This document shows positions 41,858 through 55,218 of a stretch of 64,000 nt of DNA, in pieces. The notes below the pieces were generated by a model. The model had not been told where the DNA came from. It searched no databases and saw only the letters and a program-made list of their open reading frames with translations. Source of the stretch: Eledone cirrhosa (Eukaryota); contig OZ024746.1 in the NCBI GenBank assembly GCA_964016885.1, forward strand, positions 36,642,001 through 36,706,000, read 5' to 3'. The first letter of the stretch is position 1. Each line of letters begins with the position of its first letter. The translations under genes were made by a program, and so were the position numbers.

Positions 41858-44404
41858 TAAATATTCATATATAGTATATATATATATATATTTATATTAT
41901 ATATACACATATATATATATATATGTATCTTCAATTTGCAAAGCCAATTAAACTGTATCTTATTACTCTGAGTTCTATACTCTGCCGAGTGCTTGGCTGC
42001 ACTGCTGAAGGCATTCGTCGTCTTAGCTGCCGCTCGAGCTTCGCATATGCTGTACTTTCATGTGTATATTATATATATATATATATATTTGCGCATGACT
42101 GACTACCTCCATGGGCACACATCTTTGAGTTTGGCTTAAATATTTCTGTAAGCATTTCCGCTTGATATATTTCACGTTACATACTCATTCATATACAGTA
42201 TATAGCCAGCACTCTTATAAGTTCAAAGACGCTAGTGTTTATGGATTAAATAATAATAAACTATTGCTCACACGTCTCAGATTCATGCTGATATTCCTCA
42301 TCCTCATTGGTATATATTTGCTTAAGTTCACACACACACGGGCGCGCGCGTGCACGCAAACGCATTCACGCATACGCACATACACACATACATACACACG
42401 CACACACAAACACACACACACGCACCCACGCGACGTCTCGCGCGGATGCGCTCACGCTCATATATATTTATACATTTGTCCACTTCAAGAAAAGAAGCAT
42501 TAATGCGTATCGTTAAGGCACGTCTATCCAGTTCATCGAATGTATATTACTTGAAAATGTTGGCCAGTTATAGTATTGTTGAATGGGACAGCCAAGAATC
42601 TAGGATGTAAACGGGCAGATTGGGACTGGTCATTCATTATATGATGAACAATTATGAGATCGTTTCTTTTCTTCTTACAAACATAAACATAGGCTGTTAT
42701 ATGTTGTCTTATATCTAGACTATAGTGCATTCCACTTTAAGTAAGGAAGTCGTAAAATCATGTTGGCTATCTGGTGAAGGCTTTTATTTTTCATTCGTCA
42801 TTGCAATAATTTTATTTGTTCGCTTGGGCATATGTATATACATACATATAATAACCGTAACAAGTCTTCGAGAAATCGTAAGAGGATTTTCAAGAGATTA
42901 ATATATTGTTGCTTTTGGAAATTTCTGAGCCCAAATAGTGCACAGCTTTAGTCTTTGTTCATCCTAACGGAGTTCTCCTTATAATTAGCTTTTAATCAAA
43001 ACGTTGATAGAAATATAGAATAAATCAGTTCGAGGTATGATTGTTATTCTTCGCTTTTCCGAGGTCGACGAATGTGAAAATTTGGTCAATATTGAAAATA
43101 TAATTTGGTACATTGGTACACATTATATCAATTTAAGACACTATGTTTATATAAATGAACGGATACAGACACCTGTTAGTCACGAAGGGCCACGTCTAGA
43201 ATAGGCTGCTCTTTGTGGATCACCATCAGTTACCTTTGCTGACCAGTCTCCCTTCCCGTCTCCCTTCCCGTCTCCACCAATCTTGTCAAAGAGAAAGGCC
43301 TATATAGCTTGGCACCTGTCATACGGCAACATGCACCCGGGAATGTGAACTAGAGCAATATCAAATAAAATGTATTGACCGAGGGCAAATTGACCGGGAG
43401 ACGAACTCACAACCACTAACCCAAATAGAGATACCGACAGACTGATATATTGTTGTGGTATTCGTCCCACCTATTGCAGTCGAGTTGGTTTTATTAGTTA
43501 ATAAATACATAAAAAGAACAACGTTCATTTTTTTAAAATTAGGCTTAAACACTGAAATCAGTAAAGAAAGACTACTGCTGTACACATCATAGGTCAGCAG
43601 AGATCCCATCAATGTCTGAACAAAATATATAATCTTTAACATATTATGATCCGTTAAAGCACCATTTGGATGTTGAACTTAACATTGGTTAAGTTTATTT
43701 CCAACCCACCCACTTACACTCTTTTGCCAAATCATCCTCTTCTATTTCCTATTAATTATATGAGTAAACTTTGCCAAGCTGTACTTAATAAAATTGCATG
43801 CTTAAATCGTATATGCATATTTATTGGTGATGACAAGCATTTAACAGTTGACACGTTGATTATCTAAATAAATCAAAAGAATTCCCAAAGAATTTGATAG
43901 TATGTTTCTCTTATGCAACAGGCACACCGAATAATATTAAATTCTTAAATGCTAATATATCAAATATCCATAATAAATTCAGTACACACTTGCATATCCA
44001 AAACCACAATAACATCACATGACTAAATACACAATGAATGTAAACGTCATGATAGATAAGTCTGTCATTATGTTATTACTTCGAAGGACACATTTAATCA
44101 TCTCCGGCACTTCATTTTATCAAATGACACTTTATTAAACTATATAAAAGCTTTAAAGAAAATCAGATTTTAAATGTTTGCATTAACAGTGATGCAGATA
44201 CGAAAATTCGGCTAAATTGACTCAAGTAAAGTAGAAACCGTGTTCATAATTTACTTGAAACACAAACGAACTTTCAAATATATGTACAAAAAAATATATA
44301 ATTAGCCTAAATATTAATCATTAAAATAAAATCAGTCATATTCTATATGCATTCAAAACAAGTCAATTTCCTTCATACTGATCAATATGAACACTAACAC
44401 GCAT

Positions 44405-44495
44405 ATACATACATACATACATACATACATACATACATACATACATACATACATGCATACATACATACATGCATACATACATACATACATACATA
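44405..44495. repeat. (TACA)n microsatellite
   Basis: Direct reading. Confidence 0.95.
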
Positions 44496-44970
44496 TGCAA
44501 GCAAAATCATTCGTTCCCAAGATAACACATAAAAGCTACGTGTATTCTACGGAGTATTATCTTGTAAGCTTTTTATGTAATCAGTCAGAGGGACCACATT
44601 AAAGAGATTCTAATCAACTTCAGTTCATATGTATATGAATATGTTGATCGATGAAAATAAAAGGCGTCGATAGTTGCTTAACTATTTCATTGCTTTACGA
44701 TCGTTTCAGAAGGCAGATTGATCATAATAAATCGGTAGACTGACTAATTGACAGAAGTTATATATAATCACTTTATTTGTCAAAGTATTCCAAACCCGTA
44801 ACAAAATGTGATTGTGTTCTGGTATTATTTCTGTAAATAATATTACAATATGACCCTCCCCAAGTATAACAATATATATATATATATATATTATTATTAT
44901 TATTATTATTATTATTTAGAATGTAACAGTACTAGTGCTGTAGAAGTCATGTACGTATATATATATATAT

Positions 44971-45048
<78 letters not shown>

Positions 45049-45053
45049 TATAT

Positions 45054-45461
45054 AAGCAAAGGGATATTTAATTTGTTGGTAATTCAACAAATATATATAT
45101 TTATAACTGATTCGAAGTACTCGACAGATTTTCTGGACTATAATGTCAATGATGTTAATAAATGGAAACCATATTTATAAAACCATATTTATTTTATTAT
45201 ATATATTTCAAGGGTACCAAGGGTACCAAAACTTTGCTACGATCTAATCAGATAAAATACAAAGTTTGTTTTATAAATATTGTCATATCCAGGAACAAGT
45301 TCTTAGCAGTTAAAACTATCGTTCCTGGATATGTCAATATTTATAAAACACATTTTGTATTTTATCTGATGAGAGCGTACCAAAGTGTTGGTACCCTGGA
45401 AATATATATAATAGAATAAATGTGGTTTTATAAATATAGATTCCATTTATTAATATCATTG
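45054..45461. mobile_element. Short fold-back of the 23.9-kb family
   Basis: Arms 45147-45296 and 45321-45461; left tail homologous to the inverse of 25035-25128. Confidence 0.85.
45360..45416 (+). ncRNA. Type I HHR
   Basis: TTTTAT-CTGATGA-gAGcGTACCAA-agtg-TTGGTACcCTg-GAAA-TATATA-TA-ATAGAA. Confidence 0.75.
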
Positions 45462-45469
45462 GTATATAA

Positions 45470-45515
<46 letters not shown>

Positions 45516-45606
45516 CGAAGGAAATGTGGTAAGGAACCAGGTGGACCATAACGCACCAAAGTACTCAATACTTGAGGTAGTAGAGTGGGTAATAGGAACC
45601 AGTAAG

Positions 45607-45700
45607 ACCCCGACAGCTGAGCTCAAGCCGTTTCGACGGCTAATTCTGGACTAAATGAACATTTATCCTGGTATTTAAATAGCCGATCTTCTCAAGGGGT
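45607..45700 (-). ncRNA. U3-A8 variant HHR in the 3' pLTR
   Basis: Reverse complement of 48169-48262. Confidence 0.85.
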
Positions 45701-46797
45701 AATTCCATATATGGTCAAAGTGATTGTCAAAAATCAGTAGTAATTCTGTGGTTGCAAATTAGTAGGGGAGATGGTGGCTAAACCTGCCAGTAGGAGAAAG
45801 AGGGGAGGGGGTGGAGTAGACCCAATCAAGCGTTGGTAGTGCCAGCTACAGCTGGGCATGAGGTCAAAGAAGATACAGGTGAGGGGGAGGGGGAGGAAGT
45901 CGGAACGGTAGGTAGAACAATGGGGGGTAGAAATAGGAAAGAAAAAATACTGAGAGTGAAGAAAAGCAAATAAGTGTAAAGAAAAAATTAAATTCTACGA
46001 CCTAGGTGTCAGGCTATTGTAGGCGAGAATAAAATAAAGAAAGAAAGAAAGAAGTAAATAAATAAATAAATAAATAAATAAGGAAATAAGTAAAAGAACT
46101 AGGTGGGACGAATTAGGCAAGGACCCTTTTAAGAGGTATAAGTACGTAAAAGATACGGTGACTGGTCAACAAAAGGGGCCAAAAAACTAAAGAGACTACC
46201 ACGAAATAAACAATAAAGGTTTCCATCCCGGGCCAGCAACGACCCAGTGCAGCAAAGTGAACTTGTACGACATAATAATTCTGAGTCCCGAGAAAAATAT
46301 ATACTAATGCTAACTCTAAAAGATCTAAAACAAGCTACATGAGAGTTCGTACGAAATAAAGGTAGAATACGGAGAAATAAATTCAGAATCCACCCCGCCC
46401 AGAAGAAAAGCGAAGCAAGAAATACTGAAACGAAAAAAATAAGGCATAAGTGCCACTAAGAAATATAGAGGGCACAGAGAATAGTGGGAGCGGTCGGAAA
46501 AGGGGGGCAAGTATCCGGGGTCTAAGCCAACTGCTATAAAGGGCGGAGTCCGCCAAATCTATCAAAGACTAGGGGAGGGGGAGGGGGGGTACTAAGGCTA
46601 CATGGGGCCAGAGGGCAGCCTCGGGTGGGCGAGAAAAGACGCCGACAAAGGAGAAGAGCTGGAGTAGAAGGACAAAGGAGAGAGGGGGGAAGGAAATAAA
46701 GGAAGCGATAAAAGAATACAAAGAAGATCTTACGTCTTCCTTTGCAAGCAGGGGTTACCCATTGCAAAATCGGCAACTGGGGTGTTATAGCCCTAGT

Positions 46798-47899
46798 CTA
46801 CCCCCCCGGGTCATTATGGGGTTTGAGGGCGAGGTAAGTCCTACGCAATCTATGTTTACATGCAGTAACCAGTTCATCTTTCTTGTTTAGGAGTTGGTCC
46901 GTCGAAAACAGCATTTGTAAAGTTTCCTCCGAGCATAAATTGCACGGACGGCGTCCTCCCGTGTAAGAATTGGCTCTGGACAGTAATCTCCAAGTGAGAT
47001 CATAGGTGATGTTGTTGTCCTTGAGGTCCCATATGTGGCCCGAAAGTGTAGTGGCGTGACGCCGGGCCGGGTTTCGGAAGGTATGTCTATGTTGGTATAG
47101 CCGGGTCTTGAAGTCACATGCGGTAAGTCCTATATAGGCTTTGTTGGAGGTATCCGTCCTCACGTTGCACTGGTAGATCACATTACGGTCTCTGCATCTA
47201 TTGTCGAGTGGGCAAATAGATCTATCCGGGCAGTTACACCTCCTGGTCGGTTCTCCACTGCTATTTAGGTTATTTCTGCCATCGGGGTTGAGTTTTTTGT
47301 TGTTAGAGGAGACGATGTTTTGTGCGAAGTTTGGTGTAGTGCTGTAAGAGAGTTTGATGGTATTTTTGTTAATTATGTTGTGGTAGCGGTGTTGTAATGG
47401 GAAGTGTTTTTCAATGAGCCTAAAGAATAGTTTCCCGATGGGAGTAGTCACCTCTGCGTTGTGGGGAGGATTGAACCATGTTACATTGCGTGAGCGGCGG
47501 TGTCTCCTGCTGGTTCCGCTAATGGGATCTGGACAGTAGGATATTTCCTCCCGGAAACCACTCCGCTTGAGGGCCTGGTTGTAATAGGGCGCATGTTCAT
47601 CGAATATCCGCTCATTAGCTGACAAACGGGATATGCGGAGGGAAATGTTTTTGACCAGGTTGTTTGTGATGTTCCTAGGATGGTTTGATCGGCGGTGGAT
47701 GTAGTGCAGATTGTCATTAGGTTTCCTGTATGGGTAGTACAGGTCGTTTTCGAGGTCGAGGGTTACGTCCAGGAAGTTTACTCGGGTCAGGGACGTTTGT
47801 AGGGTTATTTTAAATCCCCAGTCGCGGAAGAATCTGATTAATTGTTTCCGGACCCGATCTGTACTACTGGGGTTGTACCCTTTAAGGGTAAGGAGCCCA
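46798..47899 (-). pseudogene. Uninterrupted PLE ORF C-terminal half: RT end, thumb, Cys knuckle, GIY-YIG
   Basis: GLLTL..VNFLDVTLDL..SNHP..WFNPP..KHFP..SYSTTPN..CNC..CP..C..VIYQC..YIGLT..FKTR..H..CNLCSEE; the track N-terminus (47900-48036) is read-through of the inverted pLTR. Confidence 0.92.
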
Positions 47900-48168
47900 T
47901 TGCTTTTCTTCACTCTCAGTATTTTTTCTTTCCTATTTCTACCCCCCATTGTTCTACCTACCGTTCCGACTTCCTCCCCCTCCCCCTCCCCTGTATCTTC
48001 TTTGACCTCATGCCCAGCTGTAGCTGGCACTACCAACGCTTGATTGGGTCTACTCCACCCCCTCCCCTCTTTCTCCTACTGGCAGGTTTAGCCACCATCT
48101 CCCCTACTAATTTGCAACCACAGAATTACTACTGATTTTTGACAATCACTTTGACCATATATGGAATT

Positions 48169-48262
48169 ACCCCTTGAGAAGATCGGCTATTTAAATACCA
48201 GGATAAATGTTCATTTAGTCCAGAATTAGCCGTCGAAACGGCTTGAGCTCAGCTGTCGGGGT
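48169..48262 (+). ncRNA. U3-A8 variant HHR in the inverted pLTR
   Basis: ACCCC-TTGAGAA-GAtCGGCTA-[about 37 nt]-TAGCCGTC-GAAA-CGGC-tTGAGCTCA-GCTG-TC-GGGGT. Confidence 0.85.
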
Positions 48263-48296
48263 CTTACTGGTTCCTATATATATATATATATATATA

Positions 48297-49161
<865 letters not shown>

Positions 49162-49325
49162 AATCTACCAAACTATACGGTAGTGTCCAATCCATATGAA
49201 GAACTCAATGTAATCCAAATATTATGAAACTTTTTCCATGAAAATCACAGGAAAACTGAGTCAAGATAAATTAATAAAAACAATGAATGAAAATGAAGAA
49301 CAAGTTCCTTATATTAGAAAATTCA

Positions 49326-49455
49326 TCATTTTACGATCGTTTCTAGGATATATATGTGTGTTGGTATGTATATCATATAGATCTATGTAAAAATATTACA
49401 AACTAGCAGAGGAAATATACATACCTTCACATATATATGTTGTCTTCAGAAATAA
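49326..49455 (-). ncRNA. HHR with about 100-nt rod-like stem II
   Basis: Minus strand TTATTT-CTGAAGA-..ATATATATGTG..GGTATGTATAT...ATATACATACC..CACATATATAT..-GAAA-CGATCG-TA-AAATGA. Confidence 0.7.
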
Positions 49456-49977
49456 TATTTGTTTATTGAAAAAAACCAACAAAGTTTTAATATAATAGGT
49501 CTGTTTGGGAACAGGTTTTGAATTGACCAATAGAAAAGTAGTAAGTGGTAAAGTTGATAGAATAGTAGTAATAGAAATTTAATTTAAGCCTAGAGGAATG
49601 CAGCTTTAAATTTTGAATGGAAATAATACTTTGAATGAAAATAATACTTTGGGGGTGAACAGAGGTCAAGCCCTTGAAAGATACACGAAAATGTGATGTT
49701 ATTAAAGAAAAATGCTAATGTTAAAATCGAAGGAGAATAACATTTTTGGGCAAATGTGTTAGTGAGAAATACCAATTTTATTTAAAACACAAGGAATTTA
49801 GATCTATAACAAGAAATTAAATTGATTGATAGGTATACTTATAGGGATAAATTTATATTAATGCATATGAATGTGATATATAAGAGTTAGATGTTATAAC
49901 AGAATGTTGTTAAAAACGAATGAAAACATGTTGGGATAAATGTATTAGTGAGAAATACCAAACGTATATAGACTACA

Positions 49978-51265
49978 GTAGTAGTAAAGTAGTGAATTTC
50001 CTAGATAAAACTTTAGACTTATCTACGGGTTCTACCAACCTTACCAGAAACCTAACCAAAACTCACATTACATACACTCACAATCCAATCACCCTAGATC
50101 TATCCTTAAAAACCTAGCATTTAATATATCACTCAGAATGTCTAACCTTTCATCTAACCAGGACGTATTCGATAAAAATGCGCCTTTTTATAACGAAGCT
50201 TTAGCTAGAAGCGGCCAAAAAAACAAATTACTCTATCTACCTTGCACCAATAATACCGTAAACATACAACCCAAATTTACCAACAAACACCAAATGAAAA
50301 AAGCACACCTAAATGCCACTCACACTACACCCAAAAATACCAACCCAAAACTTAATTTCTCTACCTCTTCTCACATAAAATATAACTTTAACAAAAAAAA
50401 AATTCATCCTAATATTCCAATATACGTTAATATTAGTAACACAATTCCTAATAATCAGACTAAAACACCTAAATCAGTTAATCTAACTAAACCTATATAT
50501 AATAAATTCACTAATATTAACTCTCTTAGTAAACATCCTTATACATCGTATAAATATAAAAAACAACATCGAAACCGTAATAGTCGAGTTACTTGGTATA
50601 ATGCTCCATTTAATCTACAAATTAAAGATAATATCCCTAAAATTTATGTTCCTATCCCAGAGAAGAACTTCCCGCCAAACCATAAATACCATCAAATTTT
50701 AAATAGATCAACTGTCAAATTTTCCTACTCCACTACCAAAAATATACAACAAAATATAAGTGCGTACAATGCATATAAATGTTAAAAAAAACACGAATAT
50801 ACCACCAACACATCAAAATAATACTAAAATAACTAAAATAAACCGCAACAAACCACCATCTCCTTCACATATAACAAATCGAGTAAAGACCACACCAAAT
50901 TTTACTAACTCTCCTGATATAATATTCACGAATGGTTGTAACTGTAGAAACAAAAGAAATTGCCCATTAAAGAGAAATTGTCTTATTAATAACATAGTAT
51001 ATAAATGTAAAATTAGCACTAAAGACAACTTATTCATATATAGGAGCTACTTCTAACCAATTTAAAGTAAGATTTAATACCCACAAACATAGTTTTTAAA
51101 ATGCCGCATTAGCTAATACAACATGCATAGCTGAAACAATAATTATAGAAAAAAGAATATCGATTACAACCTGACCTTGAGTGTGCTCAAAAGGGCCACA
51201 CTTTATCAAAATAACACATATGAGTGTAGATTATGTTCCCAGGAACTTTTTGAAATTATGAAATC
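49978..51265 (+). pseudogene. PLE thumb/GIY-YIG remnant with expanded N/T/K/P-rich linkers
   Basis: VNFLDKTLDL, APFYNEALARSG, WYNAP, NFPPNHKYH, SYSTT, CNCRNKRNCP..C..NIVYKC, YIGAT; frameshifts. Confidence 0.88.
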
Positions 51266-51880
51266 TAATACATATACGTAAACATATAAACTATTTTAAT
51301 TTCTATTTTAATTAATACATATACGTAAACATATAAACTATTTTAATTTCCTGTTATGAATCTAGATTCCTTGTAGTCTATATAAGTTTGGTATTTCTCA
51401 CTAATACATTTATCCCAACATTTTATTTTCCTTCGTTTTTAACAACATTCTTTAATAACATCTAACTCTTATTTATCACATCCATATGAATTATTATAAA
51501 TGTATCCCTATAAGTATACCTATGAATCAATTTGATTTCTTGTTATAGATCTAAATTCCTTGTGTTTTAAATAAGATTGGTATTTCTCACTAACACATTT
51601 ACCCAAACATTTCATTCTCCTTCGATTTTAACATTGGCATTTTTCTATAATAACATCAAATTTACGTGTACCTTTCAACGGCTTCACCTCTTTTCACCCC
51701 CCAAAGTATCCTTTCCATTCAAAACTTAAGTCTGCATTCCTGTACCCCTAAATTAAAGTTCTACTACTACTATACTATCAACTTTACAACTTACTACTTT
51801 TCTATTTGTCAATTCAAAACCTGTCCCCAAACAGATCTATTATATTAAATCTTTGTTGGTTTTTTTTCAATAAACAATAT

Positions 51881-52014
51881 CATTACTTCTGAAGACGGCA
51901 TATATATGTGACGGTATGTATATTTCCTCTGATAGGTTGTAATATGTTTACATAGATCTATATGATATACATACCAAAACACATATATATCCTAGAAACG
52001 ATGGTAAAATGATG
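51881..52014 (+). ncRNA. Right-arm copy of the expanded HHR
   Basis: CTGAAGA at 51889, GAAA at 51995; stem III mutated to CGATGG. Confidence 0.6.
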
Positions 52015-52066
52015 ATTTTATTAACATAAGGAACTTGTCCTGTGTTTTCATTCATTGTTTTTATTA

Positions 52067-52187
<121 letters not shown>

Positions 52188-53017
52188 TATATACACATAC
52201 ATATATATATATACCCTCACCCAGCATTACCAGAGTAGCAATACAAATGTATGAATGTATGCATACCTGTGTGAAGGAATTATTTATTTACACATTTACG
52301 CGTATTCTATGTATATATATATACGTATGTTTGTGTTTACCTGTGGGTAAATGAATATAATTATTTTAAAAATATTTTATAACTTTTATAATTTTTAAAA
52401 CTTTTAAAACATTTTTCTTTACATATATTTCTTTGAATGTCATTTAAAATTATTGTTGTCTTGGTTTGTTAATATATATATTTATTTACCTGTAACATTT
52501 GTATACGTGGATTTAGATATGTAGCTTGTATGCATGCATATTTATGTTCATATGTAATTGTATACCTATTTATGTTTCATCCATCACGTTGTCCTGCCAA
52601 TCCCACCAACCTGTTCACTAACGTCCATTACACCCACCCTCACATTCACCAACTACCTCCCATTTACCAGTTAAAATGTTATGGCTATACTCACTTCCAC
52701 ACTTTATTGCATTCTAGGTACATACAGTCCTATTCAATCATTGCCAACACCATTCTGTCCATCCTTTCTTAATTAAACTTTCTTAATTAAATATCCTTTC
52801 TACCACTTCAATTCCTCCATATACATACTGTTTCTGTCATTGGAATGTTAGTTCTTCTCCGGTGACAATTTCATAAAGAGGCCAATCTCCAAAGTAGCAA
52901 TACTCATTATTATATTAATAATAAAAATGAATATTAAAACACTACTTCGGAACTAATACACCTTCCTCTCCACTACCAAACAAACACACCTACATATTCA
53001 CACTCAAATTTATATAT

Positions 53018-53066
<49 letters not shown>

Positions 53067-53607
53067 GGATAACAATAAATCGTTAAAGGTAATCCGATAA
53101 GAGTCTGTGAAAACTAATTATCATGGACATTTTAAGCGTACGATGCTGTGTGACTCAACAAGAGCTTTACGTTGGTGACGATTTTATGTTTTGGCTTGTA
53201 TTCCTATGTAAATATATCTTGGAGTAATAAAAAAGTGAAGAATAACATGGTTGACAGTACACACAAGGATATTTATTTACAGTCTTACAATTGTTTCAAT
53301 GATAGAATTTTCTATGAATTGCTAAATACTGGAGACAGTATAACTCAATTTACAATACATCTAACCTCAATCATTTCATCATAAACTATTAAGAAATATA
53401 AAATATATGAGTAACGGTAAACTTAAAAATTCAAATTACTACATCAATAATAGTATTAATGATAAATAAATAAAGGAAGGGGGACAGATGGAAATGAGAG
53501 AGAAAGAAAGAAAATGACGAAAGAAGGAACGAAGATATAGTTAAATGTATAACTGGCAAAGTTACGAAATCAAACTATCACATCAAAATACATATAATAT
53601 TAATAAT

Positions 53608-53712
53608 TGTTTCTACTTTAGGCACAAGGCCAGCAATTATCCAGTACATTACTGGTACTTTATTTTATCGACCCCGTAAGGATGAAAGGCAAAGTTAACC
53701 TCGGCGGGATTA
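53608..53712 (-). mobile_element. 5'-truncated SINE with 18-bp target-site duplication
   Basis: acatataatattaataat at 53590-53607 and 53713-53730; the opposite arm shows the empty site. Confidence 0.9.
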
Positions 53713-54202
53713 ACATATAATATTAATAATAATAAAGATATATATATATATAAAGAGAGAAGGGGGGATATAGCATAGGCAAAGAGCAAGGATAAGTAAG
53801 GAAGATAAAAAAGAAATAGAGGAAGATTAAGAGGGATGAGGAAGCAGAGGGGGATAGAAATTAATCATGAATATGGGGATATGAAGAAGAGATAAATCTA
53901 AATAAACAAACGGACGAATATACATTACTATGTAAAATAGCTCTTTGCCTATGCTATATCCCCTTCTCTCTTTATATATATATCTCTATTATTATTAATA
54001 TTACATTTATTTTGATGTGATAGTTTGATTTCGTAACTTTGCCGGTTAACTATATCTTCGTTCCTTCTTTCGTCATTTTCTTCCGTTCTCTCTCATTTCC
54101 ATCTGTCCCCCTTCCTTTATTCATTTATCATTAATAATATTATTGATGTAGTAATTTGAAATTTTAAGTTTACCGTTACGCATATATTTTATATTTCTTA
54201 AT

Positions 54203-54309
54203 AGTTTCTGATGAGATGATTAAAGTTAGATGTATTGTAAATTGAGTTATACTGTCTCCAGTATTTAGCAATGTATAGACAATACTATCATGGAAACAAT
54301 TGTAAGACT
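54203..54309 (+). ncRNA. HHR with about 78-nt expanded stem II
   Basis: AGTTT-CTGATGA-gATGAT...ATACTG-tctc-CAGTAT...ATCATg-GAAA-CAATTG-TA-AGACT. Confidence 0.7.
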
Positions 54310-54361
54310 GTAAATAAAGATCCTTGTTTGTACTGTCAACCATGTCATTCTTCACCTTTTT

Positions 54362-54412
<51 letters not shown>

Positions 54413-54621
54413 GGTGCGTGGAAAATAAAAAAAACTCAGTATATATATATTGGTTTGGGGGCCGATAACCTTGCAGAAACGGTTTCTCCGAGAATATGCG
54501 AAGAGTACTATAGTTAATTTGCGGCACCTTCCTATCGCATAAGTTGTTCTCGAAGAATCTGTTCAAGTTACAAACCATCTTTGACTTTTGTTTTATTTCA
54601 ATTGTTCAATGCACACACATT

Positions 54622-54717
<96 letters not shown>

Positions 54718-55119
54718 ATTCCATGGGGGGGGGGTATGTATATGTGTGCGTGTTAAAGGAAGATCGTGTGACAATGCAATATTTTCCCTGCTCGTATATA
54801 AGTATTTTCTTCCCATATGACATATCCATTTATATTTATTTTAAGAATATTTTATGTAACGGAATATCAATATGTAACCTAATTTTATTTAACGAAAACT
54901 GCTACTTAACATATATTCAATATTTTGCATCAATAGTTTCTGATAAGCAGAGTTAGGATAGATTTGACCTAAGAACATGTAGTCCAATTTTTAGAAATGA
55001 ATTTGGCTTCGTTTTTTCTTAGTTATTCTACAAGTACGCTTGAGAAGAATTGACATGTATCGAGTATGTATCCAGTATGTATCCAGTTTGTTTACCAATG
55101 CAGAACTAAAACAATGGGT

Positions 55120-55218
55120 TAGGTTTAGATTTGAACTGAGAACAGAAAGGTCCTTACTATACGCCACAAATCATGTTGTCGATGCTCTACCGATACTTTC
55201 AATCCAATCCACTGCCGT
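55120..55218 (-). mobile_element. SINE tRNA-like head fragment
   Basis: gatttgaactgagaac...gctctaccgatact matches 60594-60672. Confidence 0.65.

Larger units (their letters stand above)
45513..48277 (-). mobile_element. Young 5'-truncated PLE (possibly Naiad-like) with inverted pLTR
   Basis: 45592-45969 is the inverse of 47900-48277 with about 1 mismatch seen; about 80-bp left tail; long 3' UTR 45970-46797. Confidence 0.95.
53066..54363. mobile_element. Non-coding fold-back element with HHR-bearing arms
   Basis: About 53228-53788 is the inverse of 53940-54363; left tail about 160 bp; (TA)n flanks. Confidence 0.88.

Noticed and set aside
44686-44760. Minus-strand GAAA-CGATCG-TA hammerhead half
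   Set aside because: 5' core reads CTGTCAA and stem II is weak; too decayed to call
47900-48036. N-terminus of the 412-aa ORF
   Set aside because: Read-through of the inverted pLTR, not a true protein start
54408-54440. TA-CAGGGTG, resembling a Tc1/mariner TIR start
   Set aside because: No matching opposite TIR or transposase found
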